Positions 52,874 to 64,000 of a stretch of DNA of 64,000 bases are shown here, in pieces. The notes under the pieces were generated by a model. It ran no database searches. It saw nothing but the letters and a program-made list of their open reading frames with translations, and was not told where the DNA came from. How positions within the stretch are numbered: the first letter of the stretch is position 1; each line of letters begins with the position of its first letter. Source of the DNA: Tubulanus polymorphus (Eukaryota > Animalia > Nemertea); contig NC_134031.1 in assembly GCF_964204645.1 (NCBI RefSeq), positions 11,782,088-11,846,087 on the forward strand, in the 5' to 3' direction. Position numbers and translations under genes: made by a program.

Positions 52874-53579
52874 CATTGAAGTTTGCGATGGGTATTCTAT
52901 GAGTAGGGATCTGTAGCATATCAGATGGGTCTTGTGAGCAGTCAAATATCACGCAGTTGGCTGCCATCTTAGTGTCATTAGTCCTCATTTGTAAGTTGGA
53001 ATAAGATTTTTGAGGAAAATATCAGTTTTTAGATTCAGTATTATTAGTATAAAATGGAGTGCTGAATTCGTGTTGACCGCTATCTCCTCCGAGTGTGAAA
53101 TGATTCACGGAATTTAGGGGTTTATAGGGCTATATTTGAAACTTCATAGAATAGTTACCAAGGTATCTGAGACAGAAAATTTATATAGCATGTTGTTCAT
53201 AACTTTTGGGCCAACAATGTAGACATAAATAATTTGGATATAAGTGAACTTGAGGTCAAGGTCACATACTCCAAGATGGCCGCCATGAAAAAAATTCACG
53301 AAAAAGTTTCAGATAAACTGCTCTGTCTCCCAGCAAAATGCACTGATCTATTCAATTCCAACTGAAATTGTATGCCATATATCCTTACTTTATGTAGTAG
53401 AAATTTCAAAGCAATAGAACAACTAAAAAATTAATCTTTCCACTCATTTACCAACTTTTCCACCGATATGCCGGAAGGCCGGATGTAAGGGTTTCATTGG
53501 GGTATAATTTCAGGCCTTAGAAAATTGTTACCTATGTATTTGACACTGATACATTGTATACCATGGTGTTGATAACCAT

Positions 53580-54068
53580 TGGGCTTACAAATAAGACAAA
53601 TTATTTGGATATATGTGACCTTGAGGATGGATAGTTTCTGGTTCTTCATTATTGTTTTTTGTGTCCGTTGCCATGACAACCGTATCAACAGGGTCTAAAG
53701 AAATTGTCACTGATTTCATTTTCATCATCAAAATCATTGCCGGCACTATAAACCGATTTTCTGACAAAGCCTCAACATCTGAACTGCTGCTGTCATTTTC
53801 GTTGTCACTCTCAATTTGTTCACTACCAAATTCCTAGTCACCAGCATCACTGTCAGCATCATATACGAGCTGCTGAACCATTTCATCCAGCCAAATTGTT
53901 TTTTGCTGGCTGTTGCCATCTTGGTGTTTATGCAGATGGCAGCACCGGCTGATACTGATAGATATGCCCTTCTAGAAGAAGGGTTAAGTGATACCGTATC
54001 ACAGACGGTACGGGTATGCTAGCTTGACAATTTGTACCGTATGCCATACGGTAGTGGTATTGTAAGGG
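53580..54068 (-). mobile_element. piggyBac 5' remnant
   Basis: TTAA|CCCT terminus on minus at 54068; acidic transposase-like N-terminus (LDEMVQQLVYDADSDAGD..ESDNENDSSSSD). Left boundary approximate. Confidence 0.5.
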
Positions 54069-54944
54069 TTAAGTTGGCTGTTATAATGGCAGCTAACTGC
54101 TTTTGAAGGCTTTTGATGAAGCCTAAATTGGGTAAATTGGCAATTTTATGCCGTTTTTGGGATTTTAGCGATGCATTATGACATCTTGATCTACTAGTTT
54201 TATTACTGATTCAACATATAAAATTCGTCAATGAGAAACATAAGAAGATATTAAATTGCCTATGATTTTTCATTTGCTGTGCTGAAAATTGCATGTCGAT
54301 GCGCGGCGTAGTTACAGTATTTACTGCGGAGCTGTGATGATAGCGCCCTCGTTTTAGTAACATGTATAGCTCACCAAAATCAACACAGCCGTTAATCTTT
54401 AGATATTAATTATGCGTAAGCTCGGGATTATCTTGACGAAAAAAACGTTTGTATCGATATGCAGATGAATTTTAAACAATTTTAATTCGCATTGAAAACC
54501 CATTTCATATCGACCAATATTGTGTAGTATATAGTTGAATTCGAACACTGGAGTAGCTGCGGGTTACTCGCTACGATCCTGCCCATGCGTGGGATCCGTC
54601 TTATTGACATCTGCGTCTTTTGGACCCTAAGTTTTATGTTGAGATGGTTATGCAGAAGGGTAGCCGTGATCCGCGCGCTCTCTCATATGGCGTGGTTTAT
54701 GCTGCCTCGCCGATAGAATGATACTAGGAGGGAACGTTCTCACGTACATATTGTTCATGTCGAAGTGGTGTACTGTAGTATGAGAATAGCTAGACAATTG
54801 ACTAGAATATCGAACTTGATAAACCAGACCACACAGAAAGAATATGTCTAGATGTAACTTTATAAGTTCATTTCTAAACTGCCGCGTCTAAAATATTGAA
54901 AAATATCATTGAGCATGGTTTAAAAAAAGTAATGTACACAGGAT

Positions 54945-55590
54945 ACATCTCACGTGGAATTGGGGTTGCCCAGTTTTTTGTTAACACCACTAGTAGGTGT
55001 TGAATATTGAATCATATACAATTTGTCTATTCATATTGGTACCTATGCATATTTCGTAACTACAATCAATGTAGCTCATGACATCATCTATGATTGTGGT
55101 AAGTCTCAAAGGCATTGGTTTCTGAATATGGTAACCAGGGGCGTCAGTAGCGGAATAACTCCGTATTCTGGCTCAGTATATCCATATCTCCATATTATGT
55201 TGGTACCTAGGCATGTTTTGTTACCCCAATCAATTGCAAATTGTACCTTATGACATGCTCTATAATTGATGCGAGTTTCAGGGTTATTGGTATTTGTTTT
55301 GTTTATCTTTATGTTACCGTATTATATTGGCGCCCAGACATAGTTTGTTACCACAATCAGTTGCGAAATTGTACCTCATGACATGTTCTATGTTGTGGTT
55401 AGTTTCAAGGTCTAAGGTTTCAGTATAGGTTCACCAGGGGCGTTAAGTATTGAAATTGTTAAAATTGTTGAGCATGGTGTCCTTGGACCCCTAGTTGTAC
55501 CGTATTTGTTCACCAGGGATGTTGAATATTGGAGTGTCAGATTGTCAAGCATTTTACCAAGTGGACAATATGTCCCTGGACCCCTAGTTT
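54945..55590 (+). mobile_element. Diverged HINE family 1 3' parts
   Basis: ~155-bp monomer homology; two GTCC(C/T)TGGACCCCTAGTT ends at ~55496 and ~55589. Confidence 0.7.
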
Positions 55591-55596
55591 ATTATT

Positions 55597-56052
55597 AGGA
55601 ACCATCTCAAAATTTCGATAGTTACTTCTATTAGAATAACTCGCGGAAGGGGGTTGGGGTTTAAGGCCTCCCGCGGATTCATCAGGACTGCCTAACTATC
55701 GATATATTGTGGTGCAATAAAGATAACATTGAATTGAAGTGCAGTTTCAATGTATGTATATATTACACAAGCAGTAGATTAAACCGTCTGTTGGTATGTT
55801 AGATGACCTATTTGATTTTGTTTATAAAGTCTGTTAGAGTTAATAGGTTTTCCACTTGTAATTTTGCTAATTTATTTTTCAATTAAAAGTTGTGATCGAA
55901 ATACACTCGTGAGAATGTCTTATCTTCATCTGTGGTCTCTCAGTAGAAAATCAATAGTTCCAACTTTGGCACGTGTCTAATCAAAGGGGGGTTAAAAGCA
56001 ATTAGACAGTTATTCTAATTGACGGAACTATTGAAATTTTGGGATGCGCCTC
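55597..56052. mobile_element. MITE with ~45-bp imperfect TIRs
   Basis: CATCTCAAAATTTCGATAGTT..TTAGAATAACT vs AGTTATTCTAA..AACTATTGAAATTTTGGGATG. Confidence 0.7.
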
Positions 56053-57370
56053 TAGTAATCAACTTCTATTACTGTTTTTTGATCCATGACACTTTTTCCC
56101 GTTAATTATGGCCTATGAATTGGGTGTTTGTTTCCACCCATGAAACTTGTGACTGGTATTGGACATTATGAATATTCTAAACTTTATTTAAAAACTTACA
56201 ATAACAGCAAGTTGGCGTCATTTGCAGCACATCTGTTTTCTTGATCAGAATGCTCAATTAACCAAAACTACATTGAGAATTCCAATTTCATATGATTAGA
56301 ATATAGCTGTTCATTATGTTTTGTGTTTGGGAAGCCAGCCAAATTCTGCAATGCTACATGCTATTATAGACTTAGAACCTTTTTTTTAAGGAATCCCCAA
56401 ACACATCAACATTGAATTCTGAAGGGCATGGCAAAGATATGTAGGTTGACCAGTTCTAATGGATAATGAACCTGTATGTAACGTTACACCGGTTGTTTTT
56501 CCTTTTGAAGGATTATTTGTCTATGGTGTATTGAAGCTGTGTTGATTGCAATTTAAAATTTAGTTAACTTCCACTTGCAGTAATGATGGAAATGATGAAG
56601 TAATAAATTCAATCATCATCTTGAAGTAGTGTTCATTAGAATGCAATTTTTGGTTCAAAGAATGAGAACCTAAGCTATCGTCAAGTTGCAGTCATGAAGA
56701 CACGTGACAGGATCGATTTTTTTTCAGATTGCGTGATACGCCTCAATGAAATAGGTCCAGAGACGTAATTCGCTTGTCTTAAGAATATTATAGTTATCAT
56801 GATAAAGATTTCTAAATAAATATTAATTTTGAAAGGATGCGTAACGAACGCCAGTTAAAACAAATCATTTCATCTACTCGCGCATAAATACACCATCAAT
56901 GCTGCGCCTGTTGTAAGCGCCAGTACCCAGTACGTACAGCCTTACACACGACACCAGCCTCCACTTCAAAAGTTATGAAAAACAGGCAGGCTCAGCTGCA
57001 TGCCTCATTTTATCGATGACGTCAGATGTAAACAATAACATTACCACGTGAGCAATGCAAACGGCAAACAAATTGAATTTTTTTAAGCAAACTTCTCTAA
57101 TGGAATATTAATTTCTTTTTCATAATTTGCCTTTCTTTTATGTAATTTGTAATTTATACATCAGACTTTTCTTCTTCGAACCTCAGGACTTTGAAGTCCT
57201 CTTGTTACTCATATGTGTTCATTCGTGGTTATGTACGTATAAATTTAGCTTGACAACTTTCAGCTGTTAATAGGTTCCATAAACACTTTTTGGTTTTTAC
57301 GACTTAAATACACTGGAGTAATGGATGTCTAGTATTATTTATTCTGTCAATGATTAGATATTCATTTTAG

Positions 57371-57583
57371 GAAGGAAAGGATATGGAGAGAGTGGGCTGA
57401 TTCAGTTCTGGTACATATGCTATCACCAAATATATACCGCACACCAATTGAAGCTTTACAAGCTTTTAATCACTTTGATGAAGTTGGTAATTGGGAGCAA
57501 AACTTTTCAAAATTTGAACGTTTGGTTGTAATATATGTCGGAGCTGCTGCCATGTTCATCATAGGAAAAGTTTTGAAAAGAAG
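57371..57583 (+). CDS. PTGES2: Prostaglandin E synthase 2, coding exon
   Basis: ttttag| KERIWREWADSVLVHMLSPNIYRTPIEALQAF...YVGAAAMFIIGKVLKR(R) |gt; phase 2/2, matching the previous exon. Confidence 0.95.
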
Positions 57584-57685
57584 GTATTTGTAAAGACCAA
57601 ATAATTTTCCAAAGAGGAAAATGTATTGTGTGGCCATTTGGGCTTGTCGAGCCTTTTTTTCAACTTGCGTGCATGTATTTTTTAG

Positions 57686-57806
57686 ATACGACTTAAAAGA
57701 TGATGTACGTCTTTCATTATATGAAGCTTGTAATCATTGGACGAGAGAGTTGAAGAAGCAGAGTACAAAATTTATGGGAGGCAATTTACCTAATCTAGCA
57801 GATCTG
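57686..57806 (+). CDS. PTGES2: Prostaglandin E synthase 2, coding exon
   Basis: tttag| YDLKDDVRLSLYEACNHW...FMGGNLPNLADL |gtaagc; phase 2/0. Confidence 0.95.
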
Positions 57807-57882
57807 GTAAGCAGTAACGAAATCTATCGTCATAATCCTGATTAAATTCTTCATTCAGATTTTTAATATTTCTGTTATTTAG

Positions 57883-58041
57883 GCTGTTTATGGTGTATTA
57901 AGTTCTATAGAAGGTTGTAAAGCATTTGAAGATACATTGGAAAATACTGATATATCTCAGTGGTACTATGATACTAAGAATATTGCTGTTAATCGTACTA
58001 AATGCCCTACCGTAGGGCTACTTGATAAAAAACATGCCTGA
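57883..58041 (+). CDS. PTGES2: Prostaglandin E synthase 2, last coding exon
   Basis: tttag| AVYGVLSSIEGCKAFEDTLENTDISQWY...KKHA* (TGA 58039-58041). Confidence 0.95.
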   Translation, partial: AVYGVLSSIEGCKAFEDTLENTDISQWYYDTKNIAVNRTKCPTVGLLDKKHA

Positions 58042-58190
58042 TATGCTTACATCTCAATTTTGAATTGTTGTCTGAATTCTTAGTTGAATTCCCTGAATTC
58101 TTTTGGCCCATATCCATTTCATGCTTGTCGAGTACATATCAGATTGGCATATATTTTACATTTTTGAAATGGTTAAATCCTTTTACTCTC

Positions 58191-58196
58191 AATAAA
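58191..58196 (+). terminator. Candidate polyadenylation signal of PTGES2
   Basis: First AATAAA, 150 bp after the stop, followed by T-rich sequence. Confidence 0.55.
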
Positions 58197-58285
58197 TGTC
58201 ATGAAAATGTTACGTTTTAGTAGTTATTTCAAATTTTATTCATTCCATATTGATTGATAAAAATGTCAGAATTTCACCACTCTGG

Positions 58286-58901
58286 CAGACTTGCCAACCA
58301 TTCTGTTTATCCCAGAATGGTTAGGTAAATGAAAGTGAATTTACGGTGTTTCGTTTTTCCAGGAATGTTACCTATTTCATATAGATTCAAAATCCGGAAA
58401 ATTTGTTTCCATAACATTTAAAATAGATATAATTTATTTGAGCAAAGTGAAGTCGTCATATTGTTCATTTACTTGCTTTTGCGGTAAATCATGCCAGAAT
58501 AAATTTCCAATGAACTTTGGCGGAACACTGACTGCTTTGTGACCCGCTATGGTATAGTTCCATCAGGTACCGCCATTTATGTTGAATCAAAAATGGCGTT
58601 GGATGAGGATAATTCTGTCATGTCTGATGCCGAGTTTTCTTCAAATTCATCATCTCAATCTGAGCCTAGTGACACACACACGATTCTGAACTCGAGACAA
58701 AATGTAGTACAGAAGAAGGTCCCACAAAAAAAAAAATTGATTTTGATAGATGAAATTTTGATTTTTGTGTATAGTTGAGGAAACTACTTATTTTTCATGA
58801 AAATTACCAGTTTAAAGCTTGGTTCCTTAGAAATTCAGAAAATACTTAAAATTAAGATATGTGTTTCATATGTGTAAAAAAATTCTGGGTTGGCAGGTCT
58901 G
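58286..58901. mobile_element. hAT-like non-autonomous element
   Basis: TIR CAGACTTGCCAACC / GGTTGGCAGGTCTG; flanks CTCTGG and CTCTGA (5/6 match). Confidence 0.75.
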
Positions 58902-60341
58902 CTCTGATCCCATGGCCCTATCTGTGTTGACGGACTTGTTTCTCCTTGGTTCCTGGTGAAAAGCAACTCAAGGAGCACACGTTCGAACTATATGTTTATT
59001 TCTGACTGAATCTCAAAATCTCAAATTCACATGATATGATATGTTCACGTAACGATGAAACTAGCAGTAAAGATTATGTATGGCTGACCTGACAACTTGT
59101 ATTCATAACACAACATGTATATAATACATCAATACTATGGTTAGAAAAATACAGTACTGTAAGTCAGTCACCACACTGTTGTTCCTGGTTGTTTGACATA
59201 TCTAATAGCAAGGAACTACACACAATCGGCCTATAAACTTGAATGTCAGTTTAGCAACAGAATTTCCTGCTACAATGTATATCATAAAATATGCTAAAAT
59301 ATAAAATACGAACGATTCCATTAGTTTACTATTACTAGTTTTATTATCCAGTCTAATGTGACGGAGAGTAGGCACAAGAGTGTTGGTGATAATTGGGTTA
59401 AGGTGGACGTGCAGTATAGAAGGCCAATCAGTTGTCGCTGGTACCAAATGACGTGGTACTGCCGTTGAGTTCAGAGCTCTGATGATTTCACACACATTTA
59501 TCTTATTTGCTCAGGAATTAGGCCATATTGAACCCTCCTGTTTATCATATAACTTTAACGAATATATTTTATACAAAATCTCATCAGTTTACACCAAGAT
59601 TAAGCCTATCATGCACAATATCTTAAAGATTTTAAATTACCCTCCAAGTTCTGAATCGCGTGATAGGCATATGGGAGGAGCTCTCTTCGCAAATGAAGCT
59701 TAGTCATCAGTATACCAGTGTAATAGTATTGCCTCTATTGTGTGTATGACAATAGAGCACAAATAAATCCTTTAAAGAAACGGATCACGATCGATTGAAC
59801 ACTAACAAAAGATAGTAACCACTTGCCTCCGTTTTATTCACACCGGAGAGAGAGCTTCTTCCGGTCTCCACAGTTACACTATATTGAGGCGCATGGACTC
59901 GAACACTAAACGACAGAACCGGACTATGATAAACCCGGCCCATCACACCACCCCTCCCCTTAAATTGTCGAGGCCGCGCACCGACATAATAACTGACAGA
60001 TTAAAGTTTGTTCCACAAACACACGTTCTTCGTTTCACAAGCACAGTAACAAAGCGATATATATATACAACAGGTAATCCATAGTCCATAATCCAGTCTT
60101 TGTTCAAAGGCAGCAACGCACGCGCAATGAGTGCCAGGGTCAGACTAGGGGTTACCATCGGCGGCTCCCCACATCACGCAATTACGACCATCAGAAGGTA
60201 AATCGGGATGCCAGTCCCCTGTTGTCAAAGCACTCCCAGACGTGACATCCAGGTCTAGTTGCTGTTTATGGATATTCCTAAAATATACAAAAAGATACAC
60301 AAAGAAAAGAGAATAATTATACATATATATATATATACATA

Positions 60342-61216
60342 TTATTTATAGTGGGGGTAGTGGCAGCTGTGGTGGTATAGCTTAGTGGACGGGGCAACAT
60401 AGGCACGAAACAAGGCAACGACCATCGGAGGGTAGGGTAAGCAACACAAAGGACCATCTACAGGTATTGGAGCTCCATAATTTGCCAAATGTTCCGCCAC
60501 CGCTGTCAGTATGTGGTTCTTCACCAACTCCATAGCAGGCTTCCGATAATGTATATTGGTAAAATCTCTATCGCTTAAGTCTGGGTGGACTATTGGAATG
60601 AAACCTGCCTTGTCAGAGAAGACATTTATGCGGTGGACTTAGCCCTTATGGGGTACTTAGCCCTTAGCACACCATAGAGGGTGAAGATATCATCGGTGGC
60701 TGTTCCATAGTTCCTTGTTTGGTTCAAACCATGGTTGAACACCACCGCTCCACAGTTCACCGATATGTTTGCTAAGTACCCCAGGAGCATTGAAATGGTC
60801 TCACCGGGATGGCATATTGGGAGCAAGTCCCCACTTGGCTTGACGTCCTTAAACATTGAGTCTCCGAGCAAGAGTATCGGCTTGCCCATCGTCCTCTTCT
60901 GCATGACTTCCTGCAGTTTCGCCAGCTTCCCATCGAGGTCTTCTGGCCTCCCGCCACTCTCAGCTACCATACCCCTCAACTGTTCCGATAACTCTCTGAA
61001 GCGCTTTCGCCCAAGTGGGTGCAGTTTCCTCTTCATTGATGTCTTCAAACCTAAGATAATGGCACCTACGACCAAGTGGCCTGGCTCGAACACATTCCGC
61101 TCAGCCGATGCCACAAGCTCCTTCACGGATGGACTGTCCATGTTTGTGTCTGGCCAGAACGTACGGATAAACCGGGCTACTTCTTGTGTTAGCTTCTGCT
61201 TCATATCTTGCGTCAT
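60342..61216 (-). pseudogene. SGNH/GDSL hydrolase-like ORF between pol and the 3' LTR
   Basis: Helical N-terminus, then LLLGDSMFK (block I), HPGETI (II), FNHGLN (III). After a frameshift near 60630, DFTNIHY (block V-like) leads into ORF 60342-60533. Confidence 0.7.
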
Positions 61217-61324
61217 CCTATCGAGGCTAAAGAACGATGAAGGCAACCCGTATGGGATAGGAAAGACGGCACATATGACCATAGATAGGTAATGGCGTCT
61301 CCACTGCCAAACATCTTATTTTGG

Positions 61325-62695
61325 CTAAGCCGATTCATTTTGTCGCAGTTCCAAACCTCTACGCAGCCATGTGTCCTTTTTCAGGGCGATGCGCCTCCAA
61401 GTTGCCTCGAAGCAATGGCAAGGCCGCGCCTTATGGCAATGTGTCATCTCATAAGCGTATCTCTTTGGAAGCTTCAGAGTGCCCTGCGGTCGAAGCTGGC
61501 GTTGAGGTACAACGGCATCCAATGGCACATGGTCATCAACAGGCGGTCTTTGAACAGTACCATTTGCCACGGTTGCATCGGGTTCATTAGGCTCATGTGC
61601 CACCGGGGGCGGGATTCTCACTGGAACAGGTGTTGCTTTTGGCCGAACCCACACAGTGTCCTCAAGTATCGGGTTTTCTGATGATGCATCCGAGTCAGTT
61701 GACCCATCCTCTTCAGCAACGGGGAGTGATGAAGTTTTCTTCCGTTTTAACCTCCCAGTGGGTTTTATTTCCTTAGGGCAATCCTTTCTGATATCACCCT
61801 AACACAACTTCATATCATTGAAGTGTACTACCCTGGTCTTTTTCTGTCCGCTCACTGGGGATACTCTCTAATTTACCTCGGACACGCACTCAATAACAGT
61901 ATACGGCCCCTTCCACTTGTGGTGGAATTTTGACGCCTCCCCCGGTTTCAGGAAATGGCTTAGCAACCAGACACGGTCACCCTCTTGGTAACCACCACGC
62001 TTGGCAAGCCTGTCATATGCCAATTGCTGGCGCCTCTGAGCAGCCTGCAGACGGTCTCTCACATGGTGATGGGCATACTCTAGGCGGTCAGTCAGGTCAT
62101 GGCCGTACTTGGTTTTAAGTCCTGAAGGGTTCGGGTTCCCAACCATGATGTCGATGGGTAATACCATTTCCTCCCCAAAGGTTAGATAAAATGGTGTTTC
62201 CTGGGTTGACATCTGGATGCTGGAACGAAAAGCCATCAGGCATGCGGGCAAATGGTCATCCCAATTGGTCCCCTTATCATTAACGGCGACTGTCAGTGTT
62301 GACTTCAGTGTCTTGTTGAGGTTCATAACCTGACCATTGCCCATTGGATGGTATGCTGTCGTTCGTGCCTTATCGATGCCTAATATGGTACACATCTCAG
62401 CAAATACCCTGGATTCAAAGTTTGAACCACGATCGGAATGAATGCTCTCTGGGCAGCCGAATCTGCAAACCCATTCGTTCACCAGGATTCGGGCAACAAC
62501 GTGCGCCTTCTCACTACGAATGGCCCATGCTTCTGGCCATTTAGTAAATGCGTCCTGGGCGGCGAGGATGTAAACATTTCCATGGCGAGTACAGGGTAAT
62601 GGGCCCACAATGTCGACATGAAGGCGCTGACCACGCCTCCCGATACGAGTAGGGATAAGTGGGGCCTTTGAGTAATTGGAAGATATGGGTTTCAT
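61325..62695 (-). pseudogene. Gypsy integrase core, GPY/F motif and low-complexity tail
   Basis: HVDIVGPLP, DAFTKWPEA, HSDRGSNFES, TTAYHPMGNG, KWKGPY, RVVHFN; in-frame stops at 61868 and ~61800. Confidence 0.92.
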
Positions 62696-62755
62696 ACCAG
62701 AGTACTAGAGTACTAAACACCACTCATCACCACAAGTAATTTTTTTTCCTTATAA

Positions 62756-64000
62756 ATGGAAGAGAGTGAGTACCAGACGGAAAACAATAATGTTAATAAA
62801 AATCAATATTATTGCCCATATTGTAAAAAATACATCGATAAATCTAATAAATCTAAACATGAAAAATCTGCAAATCATATAACAAATGTAATAGATTTTG
62901 AAACTCCAGAAAATTCCAATGAAAGAAAAGAACGATTAGAAAATATGAATGTGGATGAAATAAAATGTGAAGTTTGTAATGAATTTGTAGTAAAAAGGAA
63001 TTATAATAGACATCTCGAATCACAAAAACACCATCAAAATTTGAGTAATAATGTTTTAGGAAAAGATTATTTTGATGATAAACCTCAAAAAGTAAAAAAA
63101 ATTACTTCAAAAACTAAATCCATTTCAAATAAACTAACATGGAAAATGTTAGAAATTATATTGATTCACTAGAAATAAAAGATACAATTGAAATTTTAGA
63201 AACATTACGTAGTAAAATTGGTCCTGCAGCTATTATATTTAGATTTTTTAAAGGTACAACAATAGAAGATTATATTAAATTTAATGAAATAATAGAAAAA
63301 ATACTAGATTTGATAACAGATGTTGAATATCCAAAAATTAGTATCTCTGGGAAAGTAAGTTTTTTAAAGTCAGAAGATAAAATGGATTATAATATTCAAA
63401 CACTCTCTGAAGAAATAATTTCAAAAACACAAATAAAAGAGAAGTTAGAAAAAATATTTAATGAATTCAAACGTCATATTGAAGAAAGATATTTTGAGGG
63501 TTCTGGCTTAAAATTGAATGAAATTATATTTTTAGATTTAAATGTTTATAATACAAAAAGAAATAAAACATCAAAAAGTAATGAAATGTTTAAAAATGAT
63601 TCAAACTTTACAACAGAAAAGGATATTAAAGCATCATCTTATATTAAATTACCATTTACAACAAAAGCAGTAATAAATGTTCAAAATGAAGATGATAAAT
63701 GTTTTCTGTGGGCAATTATTAGTTGCTTACATCCAACAGAAGATATTACACATAGTTTTAGAATAACAAATTACCGGAAATATGAAACATTATATAAAAT
63801 TGATCAATATCCAGTAACTATAAAAATGATTTCCAAAATAGAAAAAGTTAATAATTTAAAAATAAATGTATTCGAATTAATGCAATTACCAAAGACAAAA
63901 GGTGAAAATATTAAAGATTATACATTGGAAGCTTTATATTTAACAGAATATTATGATGATGAAAATGCTATAGATTTGTTATATTACAAAAAAAGATGAA
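62756..64000 (+). mobile_element. Polinton/Maverick-type element: zinc-finger region and N-terminal part of the protein-primed PolB ORF, running off the window
   Basis: Two CxxC..H..S..H fingers, then EGSGL..SSYIKLP..KAVINVQNEDDKCFLWAIISCLHP..YPV..KIEKVNNLKINVF..IDLLY, the motif series that precedes PolB2 in Polinton-like elements. Abrupt switch to very AT-rich DNA at ~62700. Confidence 0.8.

Larger units (their letters stand above)
59719..62697 (-). mobile_element. Ty3/Gypsy LTR retrotransposon 3' part (integrase, extra ORF, PPT, 3' LTR 59719-59947)
   Basis: PPT AAGGGGAGGGGTGG directly before TGTGATGG...TATTACA LTR with AATAAA; integrase upstream. Confidence 0.9.

Noticed and set aside
60735-61681. 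Plus-strand ORFs of 185 and 129 aa
   Set aside because: Antisense shadows of the GC-rich Gypsy ORFs with no recognisable motifs.

Overview
AT-rich invertebrate (metazoan) genomic DNA, not prokaryotic. The only host gene I can support is PTGES2 (microsomal prostaglandin E synthase 2, + strand): five intact coding exons at 17758-17973, 25198-25397, 57371-57583, 57686-57806 and 57883-58041. Its 5' exon(s) were not found, and one intron is about 32 kb long. Almost everything else is nested transposable-element DNA. (1) An intron-containing AcademX DNA transposon (1-11461, -) is split by a 3.7-kb long-TIR element with a 6-bp TSD, which itself holds a Penelope-type hammerhead ribozyme hairpin and a Kolobok MITE. 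(2) A (TA)n-bounded unclassified element encodes a decayed ~345-aa protein with four LC8-type (T)QT motifs. (3) There is a Mag-like Gypsy and a BEL-like LTR remnant. (4) A decayed autonomous Helentron carries a peptidase-C76-like domain, Rep, PIF1 helicase and AP endonuclease, plus a separate spliced OB-fold gene. (5) Three families of non-autonomous Helentron-like elements (HINEs) are present: one is nested inside itself and carries a LINE RT fragment and a 31-bp palindromic satellite, and another carries ~155-bp repeats with CTCF-like motifs. (6) Many MITEs occur. (7) A Gypsy has an extra SGNH-hydrolase ORF after pol. (8) A Polinton/Maverick-type PolB N-terminal region runs off the right edge. 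All calls are from motif recognition by eye; no database search was run.
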